64,000 nucleotides of DNA from Chrysomallon squamiferum. Taxonomy: Eukaryota; Animalia; Mollusca. The position numbers and the translations under genes were made by a program. A model generated the notes under the pieces. The model made no database searches. It was not told where the DNA came from and was given only the letters and a program-made list of their open reading frames with translations. The stretch is from positions 37,448,001-37,512,000 of the forward strand of contig CM022665.1 of assembly GCA_012295275.1 (NCBI GenBank), written 5' to 3'. Of this stretch, positions 44,009-64,000 are shown in pieces; the first letter of the stretch is position 1, and each line of letters begins with the position of its first letter.

Positions 44009-45708
44009 CTGCAACAAAGGAACATTCGAAATACATTTTTTTAATACATTTTTTTTTTTTTTTTTAAATTATTTTTTTTTTTTTTTGCATGACTGGTTAT
44101 CATATACCGTGGTACAAACCTTCCCGGAAGATGATATAAAATATTCTAGATTGCTAATTGAAAAATGAAGCAGATAGTCTCTGAATATTATATGTAAACA
44201 TGATCAAACACCTGATAACTTGTAACCGATTACAGAAAACGAATCGTGCTGTTCTACTTCTAGCGATCTTGTTAAACAAACAAATCTTTAATTTTCAGTT
44301 ACCACAATAGTGTACTTAATTACACCACACGCGCAATATTTTAAATATTACCTGATCACAAGCAGTTCCTCAGATCTTTTTAATATGAAATTAAGAGCGT
44401 CTAGTGACAAAATCGCTCCTTTTAAAATAAAATTCATTAATATAATATGAAAAACTTACCAGCGATCGCTTGTACACGAGCAGACAATCAAACACTTCAT
44501 GTACGATATTAAAATCAGACAAGTGTCTGAACTCCATCTGTAAGCTTGGGTTTAATCAAGACAGTGGGAAAATGGGGCACGTGCATTTCGTGTGGCCGAG
44601 ATGTTAAAAACTGAGTTAAGAGCAAACGAACTAAAATATATCATCTGAATGTGACCCGCTCCCACAAAACGAACACAAAGTGATAACCTTGACGTTTTGA
44701 GTTCTAGTTATCTTAGAAATGGCAAAATAATTATAAATTTTGGACATCGTAAAAGTCTCACTGAATTATCATAATTGAAAATTAAATTATTGCTTTTTAA
44801 AGCTGATGGAAAGCATTGAAGTGTGTGTAAAATGCTTAACTTTTTTTTTAATATATTTTTTTTTTTTTTATTGATTTTGTTTTCCGCAGTTTCCCATCGA
44901 GACGTATTTTTAACACAATTTTAAAAAGTTAAGGAAATTTAAATGACATTGCCTTTATTTTATTCTCAAAATGATGGTAGCAGGTCAAAATAAAATAAAA
45001 TAAATATAAATTACTTTCACTCGTTGTAAAGCACTGTCAGCGACTTTATGTACCTTCGTCAGTGCGGGTCACAAATAACATCACTGCGCATGAGCACTGT
45101 TTGTTTAGCACTAAAATAATCACAATTACAATGATTTCAGTTTATCATAGAGATGTTTTTTTATGCTTGCTGACGCATCAAATACACGAAAATATATTTT
45201 TTACTGACGGTTACTGCAGCAGTTACATAAATGTATCTATCTGAAAACTTTCTATTTTAATTTTAATTGTTATTATTATTGTTGTTGTTGTTGTTGTTGT
45301 TGTTGTTATTGTTGTTGTTGTTAAATTATCGGGAATGGACGTATTACATACACTTTCCCACAGAATTTAAAGGTAAACAAGTCGTAGGGCATAGATTATG
45401 GCGCACTGATAACGGATATTTAAATCTATTACATTTCAGCCTAAGGCTCCAGTCACTACGCAACAGTTTAGTTAAGTGACCTTAGTGCACCGACTTGATT
45501 TATACAGCAACGATATCAGATCACAGTTAAGACAACTACAGATATTTTAAAATGTCATCTTCGTTAAATGCTGACTTAGATATTAAAACAGCATATAGTG
45601 TGTGTGTTAGTGTAGATGTGTGTGTGTCTGTGTGCTTGTTTGAACATACAGATACATAGAGACAGAGAGAAAGATACAGTTAAATATATATATAGCTCGA
45701 CAGATAAG

Positions 45709-45817
<109 letters not shown>

Positions 45818-48640
45818 ACAAGGTATTTAAAAACCAACAAAAGGAAAATTGTTTGTTAGTTTATGTAATAGTTTCTACACAGAAGACATAGACATTTATT
45901 AAGTCATCCATCGCCAGTAGTTTCAGACTGGCAGTAATTGTAAGTAAAAGATACATTTTAATCTGCAATTTTCTTAGTAATTAGTGACAGAAAACGACAG
46001 TCTCCGGATTCATCTGAGCCTCTTAATTATCATTATTCTATTTCCACGTAAAGAAACAAACGCATGCTTTTATTACCATAGAAAACAAACGCTCCCTGTT
46101 ACAATCAGTTTAATCGGACGAGAATTACTGTCTGCAAGTTTTCACACTGTGGTATTAACTCTAGCGAAGATGAATCATGACTCTGCTTTGCACAATGACC
46201 TGTCTGCGTTTACATGATTTCACACAAGACGTCACCTTCGACGACCATCGATATTTTAACTTCAGCCGATCGCTGCCCATACTTTTTATCCGTTAACCTA
46301 TCTTTATCCCATTCAATAAAGATTAATCAGTCTTGTTTTCCAGCCGACAGCGTCCCAAAGACGGCAGAAAGAGAGTGAGAGTGACTCGCACAAAAAAGAC
46401 TTGGTCAGAGAGTGAGTCGTCGTTTGCTTGGGGAAAAAAATAAAAAATAAAAGCAGACAAGTCTTGTTTTAAGCACACACACACACAGGAGAAACTGTAA
46501 AGTGACAGCTATTCGTGATCACCGAGTTCTCTGACCAAGCATAATTTTATAACTCGTAGATCAATTCCAATAATCGTGAGAATAATTTTATCTTGTTAAC
46601 GCTAGCAAAGTGTCCAGAGATCGATACCCGTTTCCACTGGAACAAGACGAATTCTGTCTTTTTCACAAAAACATTTCATTAATTTTTCACACAATTCACA
46701 TAATCATTTTGGAGCAGATTTATTTTTTTTTTTTTCTTTCCTTTTTGTTGTTGGTGGTGGTGTTGTACTCTTTCTTTTTCTTCAAAAAAAAAAAAAAATA
46801 AAATAAAATAAAATAAAAAAAAAGAAGAAAATAAAGAAAAAAGCATAATTAATAAATAAATATAATATTAAATTTAAATAAAAAAATAATGAAAGTGCTT
46901 TTTTTAATCTAAAGAATTTTTTTCTTGTTATTCTTCATAAAAATATATGCATAATAATTACAGACATGCATACGTTACACTCATAGAGGTAATTCTTACG
47001 AACATATATGTATGTACACACACACACACATACACACAACACACGAACACACACACACACATATAAATACAGAAACTCACATAAAAATATACATATATGT
47101 ATTTACGAACATAAAATATATACATTTCCACCAACTCAGTCTTAAAGGTATTTTTATACATCTGCTTGTCAGTATATAGTGTAGTTAATAAAGATTATAA
47201 TCCAATAATACAAAATAGTTTGTTTTTATATAATTAACCCCTTGTAGTGTTATCACATAATTATTTTAAATATGAAAGAAAACTGCATAAATACTATGTT
47301 ATTAAAAAACAAATAATAATAATAATAATAATAAAATAATAAAAAATAAATAATAATAATAATTATCCATCAGAAGATTAATGTTATTTTCTTAGTTAAC
47401 CCTTACCTGTAATAATAATAAAAAAAGCTACTCTTTTATTCTTGACAAATCAAAAGTCACGTTGGGTTATATTTTACATCACTTAATTCATTATTTTTTT
47501 GCATTATCCTTATTATTTATTTGTTTATTTTATTTATTTATTTATTTTTTTTAACTTTTTAAAAATTGGTTTTACATTTCTGTACCTTGCGAACATATCA
47601 GTAACATAAAATTTTTAATCTGATCTTGTATTTTCTCAGTTCAAAAACAGAAAACATAAAAACAGTTTTACTTACTAAAAATGAAACAGCATACTTCCGG
47701 ACATGATTAGAATAATATCGATAATCAATGCCATTTCCTTCTTTTTACGACATCCCATCTTAGTTTAACATTTTATTTCATTTTTTGAATTTAAGACCAA
47801 AGGCTAGGAAACTTTGATTTTTTCCTATAAGGTGAAACAAGACGGGGTTTAAATATATACACATTTCTTCTTACTGCCATTAAATAAGTATTAACCGATG
47901 CAATAAAACAATTAAACTGCGCCAGAGGCAACCGTGTCCTGGATCGAGTGTCTCGATAGTTACCAGTCGAGCGTGCAGAAAAGGACTGTTGATGAAACAC
48001 ACGTATATGGGAAACTGTGTATGTGTGTTACGTATATATATGTGTGTGTATGTTTGTGTCTGAGAGCGCGCGCGCATGTGTGTGTGTTTGTGAAAGAACA
48101 CATATTAACAGTAGATGTGGTGCAAAATATTCACTGATGAATAGTGTTTTTGTAAGGTATAATAACAGCTTAGATCCTCGTTACCAAAACTGAAGCTTTA
48201 CTCAGGCTGAAACAAAAATATGACTGAATAAAAACACGGTTGATTTACAGTTAAACAACATTAAAGAATAACAAATAATTCTTATTTCAAAAACTATTAT
48301 CCGCTCAACAAAAAAGAAATAAATAAAAAATAATAATAATAATAAAATAAAATAAAATAAATAAATAAATATATATATATAAGAAAACTATTACGTTTTC
48401 CGGATAACAAAAGTATGAATAATAGTAATTATTATATAGAAATAATCAATATTTTTACGTTGTGTTAAATGTTATTAAAATCGACATTGTTCTCTAAGAA
48501 ATTTGGTATATGACTGTTCATCATCAGAATATCATCTGATAGGATGTTGTGTTACTAACATCCGAATGCCTTAAGCAAAATTAAATAGTTGGGTTGTTTT
48601 AAGAGTTGTATTGACAAAACGACATCCGGTATCCGACTGT

Positions 48641-48697
48641 TATAAATTATGCATTCATCATTAACAGACAAAACTAAAAACTTCTGTAGACGGTCAG
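48641..48697 (+). promoter_or_regulatory. putative TATA box and short non-coding first exon of the Kunitz gene
   Basis: TATAAAT at 48641-48647; CAG|gtaaga donor at 48697 pairs with the acceptor at 49151. Confidence 0.45.
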
Positions 48698-48865
48698 GTA
48701 AGAAAAAAAACAGTTCAGCAGGACAGCAAGTTAAATTTTGAAATCATTTATTATTAATTAATTAATTAACGAATTAATAATAAATGATTTCAAAATTTAA
48801 CTTGTTATTGTTGTTGTTGTTGTTTTTCTTCTTTTACTTCTTCTTCTTATTTAATTATTTATTTG

Positions 48866-48955
48866 TTACTACTACTACTGCTACTACTACTACTACTACT
48901 ACTACTACTATTATTATTATTATTTTAATATTATTGTTATTATTATTAATATTAA

Positions 48956-49025
<70 letters not shown>
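48866..49025. repeat. (ACT)n-(ATT)n compound microsatellite
   Basis: Seen directly. Confidence 0.95.
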
Positions 49026-49160
49026 GTGTATCCACAATATATCAGTTTTAAATTAGACAGACATCCAGACAGAAAAAACAGACAGAGAGGTATACAAATA
49101 TACAGTTTAATAATAAAAATAATTAATGTGTAAATATTTTCAATAACGCAGCGGAAGAAG

Positions 49161-49224
49161 ATGGACAGCGTTAAACTTTTACTGCTGGTTTGTGTCGGTG
49201 TCGTCTGCTTCAGCAGCAGACAAG
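49161..49224 (+). CDS. Kunitz protein exon 1 (signal peptide)
   Basis: aagATGG start context, hydrophobic LLLLVCVGVVCF, AAG|gtttgt phase-1 donor; acceptor at 49151. Confidence 0.78.
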
Positions 49225-49315
49225 GTTTGTATATCACAAAGTAGCATTTATTTATTTATTTATTTATTTATTTACTTATTTATTTATTTACTCATTTATT
49301 GATTGATTGATTGAT

Positions 49316-49354
<39 letters not shown>

Positions 49355-51757
49355 TTATTTATTATTGTTGTTGTCGCTGTTTGGTATATATCAAATATAA
49401 TGTTTGAATTAAACCACTTATTTTATTTTATCTTAATTTGTTGGGTTTTCTTCTTTTTGCTGTTGTTGTTGTTGTGTAAAGTATCAGTTAGACCATTTAT
49501 TTATTTATTTATTACTGCTGTTGTTGTTGTTATTATTATTATACAAACACTTACAAAACATCAGTTAGACCATTTTTGTATATCATAAAAGCAAAGTATC
49601 AGTTAGAACATTTATTTAAATATGTCGTGTTTTAGAAATGTTTTTAGTTTCATACCTATCACTAACGACATATATTTGACAATTCAATCAAATTTTTAAA
49701 TTCTGTTTTAAACTAACAGAAATTCTAAATGCTCTATCACACTTTTGGGGATATAAGATATGTATGACAAATATCACATTTAAGACGATAATTGTCCGTG
49801 ATAGTGCAAAATATTTATTACGTTCAAAAAGAGTATTTATTTGCTTACTTATTCAGTTGTCCTTAGCTTTTGAAGTATACTGAAATATTAAATAATCCAA
49901 AGTCACAAAGCCTTCTAATTTTTTTTTTCATGATGATCACAAGGTTAATGTCATGCTGAAAGCATTTTCAAACAAATAATTTAAAGATGAGTTAGTAATC
50001 TGAAGATACTCGAGTTCATTTCTTAACTGCTTGTTTTCATTGCAATAATTTAACAATCATCCTTACAAATAATAGTTATGCGGTGCTTAAGACCTTTGCT
50101 TACCAACCTCTGTGAACTCTAAAACATCAGTCTTATATGTAACAGCATTGAGCTGAACCTGACACAGTTTTACATGCTGCAAATGATGAAAAATCGAATA
50201 GTATTTTATCCAGACTACTACTGGCGTACATAATATTTATTTATGTTGTATTAAACACGCGTTTCAAACTTCCTTTTGTATTTTATGCTTATATAGAAAC
50301 AGTTTTTTAAATTTTTTAAATTTTTTTTTTTTATATATATCCATATTGCTTGGAAGGCTATAAAAAGTAAAATCTTTAAAAAAAATTCATGGACATCATG
50401 TACCTCCTATCAAAGTGCTAAGGATGTTAACAAAAGCAAAGGCAACGGGTTTAACTTCTCACACCTCTGTCAGTATTTTGCTGTAGTGAATTATATGATA
50501 TAGAAAATGAAACCAATTATAAGTTAAATACAAAATCCGGTGTATATTCTGGACAAAGTGAATGTACTGTTTCAATTCAAAATGTGCTCTGTTTCAGCGA
50601 ACGGATTTTTCTTCGATTCCTTCAATTCGAAAATGTTTTGTAATATACGATGTTTATTTTCAAATCCAACCGAGTGTAACTGTGAAAAGGACACAGACCT
50701 GTGCAAGGTACATTGCTGTTTTTGTATTGTTTTTTCTAGGCAGTGCTTTGACGTTATATTCTGTGATAAGCTAAGCTGTCTCACGGCGCTAAACTGTGAT
50801 CTGTTGTTATTTTTGTTTCTTTTCTGTTCTGTATTATCCTTTGCCTTTTTGTCACAGCTGTTATCTTCTGTCCTGTCTTACGTTCAGCTGGTCTTTTATG
50901 TGTGTTCTGAGACTGTGTGGCTCTATTGTTCTGTCATGTTCCATTCTCAGCTGTTCTCTGTTGTTCTGTTCTGTTTCATGTTTTTCTTTTGGATACTGTG
51001 CTGTGTTGTTGCTTTTTATACTCACCTGTGTGTCTACTGTCTTGTACATTTGTTTCAGAGTAAAATGTGTCCATTTGGTCAGCACTGTGTTGTAAAACAC
51101 AATGTGGCTTCCTGTGTTTCTATTCTCCGATCCGGCACCAGATCTTCAGCTCGACCTTCCCTTGGATCTCTCTTCGGATCTTCCCTCAGATCACCCCTCA
51201 GATCACCCCTCAGATCACCCGTCGGACCTTCCTTCAGATCACCCGTCGGATCACCCCTCGGATCACCCGTCGGATCACCCGTTGGATCACCCCTCGGACC
51301 ACCCGTCGGATCACCCCTCGGACCACCCGTTGGATCACCCCTCGGATCACCCCTTGGATCTCCCACAGGATCTTCCAACTCAGGTATGTCATCTGACTTT
51401 ATTATCAAGTTTTTTTCAAGTTTTAGATGAAGCAATTATTAATACCTATTGAGTTACTTAACTTATTGTATTGCACTGTGTTGCATTACACTGTATGGTG
51501 TGGTGTTGTACTGTGCTATTCAGCAAAGTCTAATACTGTGACATCGTTCAAAGGATCATAATGTATTACATTAATTATACTGTATATCGGTATCACATTT
51601 GTCACACACCTTACGACAACTCAAATCATGGCTGAATGAAATGGTGATCATACCCGCTCTACCTAGTATACAATAATGAACTCATCTTCCCAGCTGTTAC
51701 AAAATCAGCTTAGAAAATATTTAAGCATTCATTCAAAAATCGGAATATACTACCGAA

Positions 51758-51811
<54 letters not shown>

Positions 51812-52033
51812 CAAATTATATATATAAAAGAAGTATGTCCTTTCTGTTTTTCAGGTCCACCGTGTCTTGATCCGGTAAACGTTGGACCCTGCAAAGGTGC
51901 CATTAGACGTTTCTTTTTCAACAAATTCACGAGGAGATGTGAGATTTTCCTATGGGGTGGATGTGAGCCGAATCGAAATAACTTCATATCGTTCCAACAG
52001 TGCGCCATGGCGTGCGCATCTTTTGCAGGATAA
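49161..52033 (+). CDS. secreted Kunitz-type serine protease inhibitor domain protein with Cys-rich/follistatin-N-like module and Gly-Ser-Pro repeat linker, 225 aa
   Basis: Exons 49161-49224, 50598-50707, 51059-51383, 51855-52033; GT-AG, phases 1/0/1, total 678 nt. Signal peptide MDSVKLLLLVCVGVVCFSSRQANG; DLCKSKMCPFGQHCVVKHNVASCV; (G/R)SPx repeats; Kunitz CLDPVNVGPCKGAIRRFFFNKFTRRCEIFLWGGCEPNRNNFISFQQCAMAC. Confidence 0.88.
50598..50707 (+). CDS. Kunitz protein exon 2 (Cys-rich)
   Basis: ctgtttcag acceptor; ANGFFFDSFNSKMFCNIRCLFSNPTECNCEKDTDLCK; AAG|gtacat. Confidence 0.78.
51059..51383 (+). CDS. Kunitz protein exon 3 (follistatin-N-like end plus GSP repeats)
   Basis: tgtttcag acceptor, CAG|gtatgt donor; only the GSP frame is phase-compatible with the Kunitz exon. 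Confidence 0.82.
51170..51375 (+). repeat. coding 12-bp tandem repeat (GGATCACCC[C/G]TC-like)
   Basis: About 16 degenerate units encoding (G/R)-(S/P)-P-(L/V). Confidence 0.9.
51855..52033 (+). CDS. Kunitz/BPTI domain exon with stop
   Basis: Six canonical Cys, GPCK, F-x-W-GGC, NxNNF; tttttcag acceptor; AATAAA at ~52072. Confidence 0.95.
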
Positions 52034-52394
52034 ACTTGTAGTTCTATACAAGATGTATTCCTCATAAATGAAATAAATTATAAACACTTCACAACTCGTA
52101 TATTCATATACACCTATGTGCATGCAAATAAATGTAGATACTAACATATAAACATGCATTCACATTCATACAGATGCATACATGCATGTTTGTATGCGTA
52201 CATGCACGTATACATGCATACGTAACAGAATATACGTGCAAACATATATTCAAATATTATTTAACATAACAAAACATACATACCGAAATATGCAGATATA
52301 TAAACAACATACACGCACACACACACACACACACACACACGATTAAAAGGGAAGCTGAATGTCTGTAAAGTGTGTGTGTGTGTGTGTGTGTGTG

Positions 52395-52446
<52 letters not shown>

Positions 52447-52978
52447 GAAACTCATGACGCATATGCACAATAACCCTGACGAAGACATAGACGGCACTGA
52501 ACAAACTAGAACAACACCAAAAACTATAGCTGATGAGTAAACTTCTTGTATTTATTCGAATAAATCTTAGAGTATGAAAGTGTGAACTGAAAAGTTTCAA
52601 CAATATATGAAAATATAGTTATTTGAACAGATATTCAGATAATGTAAACGCATTCCCACTTTTCAGGAAGCAGGCGTTTTTGTATAAAATAAAAGCAATT
52701 ATTATAATACGAAATACAATTCATACATGTATATTATATTGTTAGTACGAACACAGGTGAAAATAATAATTATTTAGATTAATGAGAACACAGAATATAA
52801 TTAGAACTATGCAAATTAATTATACGTAATTAATATGAACACAAATAATTTAAAGTAAATCAGTTATTTAGAGCATTCGATTACTCGATATATTAAATTA
52901 ATTATGCCAAAATATAACATATAAAATAATTTTATACATAAAGTTGATTACTATAATCAAATTTTTGTTTTGTTAATG

Positions 52979-59855
<6,877 letters not shown>

Positions 59856-60852
59856 TTTACAAATCCAAATAAGGTTTCTTTTTTTCTTTTTTTTATCCCT
59901 TTCTAATTTGAAACTATGGACATTTCATTATTTGATAAAGGCAGCATAATACCACGTTAAATTCTTCCTGTTAAATCAACACTGACGAATTTGTCGCAAT
60001 CCATTCCATTTAAAACAGTTCAATACACCATAACGAATCTGATCTGTTTTATTTTCTAATCCATACTTCGTGAATTAGACGGTACCTTCACGGGTATTGC
60101 TTACACTTCAACAGTACAGGAAAACGGTACTATTTCTTAAATAAAATATTTGTATCTCTTACAACGGTTATTTCAGGAACTACATAACCGGGCGAAAGTC
60201 GGTTCGCACCCTCTCCATCCCTAAGTTTAGGCTCTTGACAGCCGCGAGTGACTGCATTGGTTAAATAGGCTCACGTGTCGCACCTGGGCCAGTTTGTTTT
60301 TGATCAGTAGCTAAAGCTTGACAAATATTTAAACGAGACTCGGTGAGTTGTACAAACCCTTGCTGTCGACGATAAGGTTAGATGAGACCACTGCAACTGA
60401 AACAGTGTAACCTAGCGAAGCTTCATGACAAAAGTTAACGGACGGTTTTAAAACAGTAAACTCATTGTCCTGCTTACACCAGTATTGTCGCCAGTATCAC
60501 TGTCGCCGCCATAACATGTTGTTTGTTAACCTTGTCGTTATTTGAATTTTCATCTTTTTTTTTTTTTTTTTTTTCTAATTTATTTTTATTATTAATACTT
60601 ACAAGTATATACGTTAATACATCAACACCATCGTTGTCATTATAATAGTCGTCAAGATGATGATTATCTTCATCTTCGTCTTACTGGGTCTTTTTTTTTT
60701 TTTTCGTTGACACTATCATTATTGTTGATTATTAATATTATTGTTGCTGTTGCAGTTGTTGTTGTTGTTGTTTCTATCAGTATTGTTGTTTTTTATAATT
60801 TGTAATTCATTATTATTTCAATTTCTATGCGCACCTCTGGAATTTCGCATTA

Positions 60853-60893
<41 letters not shown>

Positions 60894-62573
60894 AAGCAAT
60901 AACGCATTTACTGGAAATATATGTTTGCCACATTTTTAACTGTGAACATTTTCTTCATACCACTTGCAGTAAGGGGTGTGTGACAAGGCACGTTTGTACA
61001 AGTAAATACAAGCTAAGACAAGCCACAGTCATCAACATGGACGACAGCAGGAGGTGAGCACCTCGGTGTCACTGACCTTTTCTCTGAAACCGAGCGTCGA
61101 GAAATTGAAAAAAAAAACACACAGTCAAAGAAAACGTGATAGAGGTGTGTGAACATGTTGAAATAAAATGACTTTCAAAAATTGTTTGAAAATGGGTATG
61201 AAGGGTTTACGAACAAGTGAAATTAGATGTGTGTGTGCGTTTGTGTGTGTGTGTGTGTGCGTGTGTGTGTGTGTGTGTGGTTTATATATTTGTTTTCTTG
61301 AAATAAACAGTGTATATATAATTATAGATAACGTTTATAAAATTACTAAGGGTTGGGAAATGAATTAGTATTTTTTAAATAAACGATAAAATTAGCTAAT
61401 TGAAACAGTTTATTGTCAATCACAACATAAGAAACTTTTTTAGAATGTCAGAATATTATGTTTATATTTTAAACTTTTATGTTTTATCTCTTTATCTAAT
61501 TCTTTATTTTGTTTCTTCTTCTTCTGCGTATTATTATTATTATTATTATCGGACAAATCCAATCATTAATTTTCTGTCGATTTTTATTAATTTCCTGTTC
61601 ATATAGCTTGCATCCCCAGCATTAACATTTTCTGTATAATGAATTGTTGTGAATGTCTATAGGGTGGATATCATCGAAAACTGAAGTAAACAACCAATGC
61701 AATAAAGATCTGTTCAACAGGTGACAAAATTTAAGCAGTAGCTTTACTCAAACAGTATTTTGCTTTTTTAGAATAATTATAAATATGAAAAGTTAACAAA
61801 ATTTATTAATCCATCTCATCTCTCCGACAGAACATAATATGCACAGAAATCACTGAAAACAGGTTACAAATAAACAAACACATAAACAAACAAACAAATA
61901 CATATTCAAACAATTTCAAAATAAGTTTTCTGTTAACCTGGTAATCTATGTAACTTGGTTTTCTTCCCTAATAATTCTAACTTTATTTATTACTTCCGAT
62001 CAACGTTCGCTAACGATAACATATAATAATCAAGTAATAAACTCACGAAGTATTACTAACACTTATAATATACAGGTTAAAGATGCTTGGGACTGGAATA
62101 TTAGGAGATACTCTAAGCACGAAATCCTTTTATGTTATGCAGTTCATGCAGACAGTCTGCAGATAGTTGAATATAATATATGTAATAACTGTGCTTGAAA
62201 TAAAGTTTGTGTACGTTAAACAATCCGAAAACTATAAAATACCACTATCTCGAATAACGTAATAATAATAAAACAGAGAGAATTATGGTGACAACTCTGC
62301 GATTATTTACTCAGTCTATCAAGGTATTTTATATTTACAAAATAGGATTGCCTTAAGCAGCGGTCAAATTTTGCGACTCAGTTGCGGAGCGTAACATCCG
62401 CAGACCATCTCTGTTTAGAAATGTTAAACCACTCTCCCGCTTCAACCCAACAAGGAAGTCATGCCACTGTTAATAAAGAATTATGGAAGACAGGAGAGAG
62501 AGACAGAGAGTAAAATAAAAAGTAATGAGGAAACAGTAAATAAATAAGAGATTTTCTTTTCGTTTCTTTAAGG

Positions 62574-62981
<408 letters not shown>

Positions 62982-64000
62982 CTATAAGGTATAAATCGTT
63001 TGGACGTATGCAAGTCTAGCTTAACTGTTAATAAACAGAGAACAAGCAACTCGATTTCTGTACAGACTGCAATGTGGATGGTAAATCCAGCGCAAGATTT
63101 AATTATGAAGATACATAGACCTATAAATTCTCCAACCAGCTCAAAATCATTTCTGCGTCTGTTTAATATGGCAGTCCGAATAAATTTAATTATCGTTCCG
63201 ATAACCAGCTTTGCCAGAATAATACCCGCAGTCTCTATAATTATTCTCACAGTAAATTCTAAGAATAATGGATAAAAAGTTTATCGTGAAGGTTGAAAAA
63301 AAAAAAAAAAAAAAAAAAAAAGATTTCCTTGATTTACAGAATGTATTATCAAAATAGAACTATGATTGATCTAATGGATATTACTATTTAACGTGAATTT
63401 GGTATCTATCTTTATTTTATTGAATGAGACAGGGTACATAGAATGTTCGAGCGCTTTCAAAACGTAAATAGGATGAGCTTCCTTAATCAGTGAGCGATGT
63501 TTATGTGGCAAAAACAGGTTTTCTGAAAATAGTTCTGTAATATTTTTTAGTAATCACTATAATCGGATACTCGTTACAAGTCAATGTAATAAAAATCTGT
63601 ACAGTGTATATGACGTTATCAGCCTTTTTTTTATGCATCTTTTCTCATAATCAATTTGCTTTTGTTTTAATGGTGGGTGTGTTTTTTGTTGTTTTTTTTT
63701 TATATGATTTTGGTTCGTTAATTTTGTTTATTTATTTAGTTAGTTTTATTTATTTATTTATTATCTTTCTTTCTTTCTTTTTTTCATTTTTCATTTTTTT
63801 TTTTTTTTAATTTTTTAACGGTTATCCGAGTATTATTTCTGTTTCCTGACTTTTAGAAGTGACACTGGGTTTTTTTTTTATGTTTTATTTTACACATAAA
63901 ATTTTCCAGTAATCAGGTATTAAATATACGAGTCGCCTTTGAATTTCTTTCTTGATAAAGGCTCTCTTCTGTAGCTTCAAACGACCTTTTCAATACAGAA

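Noticed and set aside
45330-45425. Possible reverse-oriented SINE fragment
   Set aside because: Only short patches (cactttcccacaga, agtcgt) resemble the recalled consensus; too weak to call
50540-51430. 296-aa single ORF as a gene
   Set aside because: It is exon 2 + intron + exon 3 of the Kunitz gene read through, with a non-ATG start
51079-51435. Minus-strand ORF with RGD repeats (integrin-ligand-like)
   Set aside because: Antisense shadow of the 12-bp GSP repeat; no ATG, signal peptide or splice partners found
62990-63275. Complex sequence with open frames on both strands
   Set aside because: No recognisable domain or clear splice boundaries; could be regulatory

Overview
AT-rich, microsatellite-dense eukaryotic DNA from an invertebrate, most likely a mollusc (inferred from the SINE relic and repeat style). 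Almost all ORFs in the supplied track are microsatellite artefacts. The first ~38 kb has no gene I can support: simple repeats, old SINE/LINE relics and short CpG-retaining islands. Three spliced genes can be assembled by hand with GT-AG introns and consistent phases. (1) A divergent B-type mitotic cyclin (minus strand, 9 coding exons, 428 aa) with KEN box, D-box, a putative uORF whose stop overlaps the start codon, and a Pumilio/CPE-like 3' UTR. (2) A secreted 225-aa protein (plus strand, 4 coding exons): signal peptide, Cys-rich/follistatin-N-like module, (G/R)SPx repeat linker, Kunitz domain. (3) A ~374-aa type II membrane protein (minus strand, 6 exons) with a BRICHOS-like domain and an unusually large 14-Cys C-terminal region containing a furin site. 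Several non-autonomous DNA transposons (Tigger, Tc1/mariner-like, Harbinger-like, hAT) cluster in and around gene 3. All domain calls come from motif recognition by eye, not database searches.
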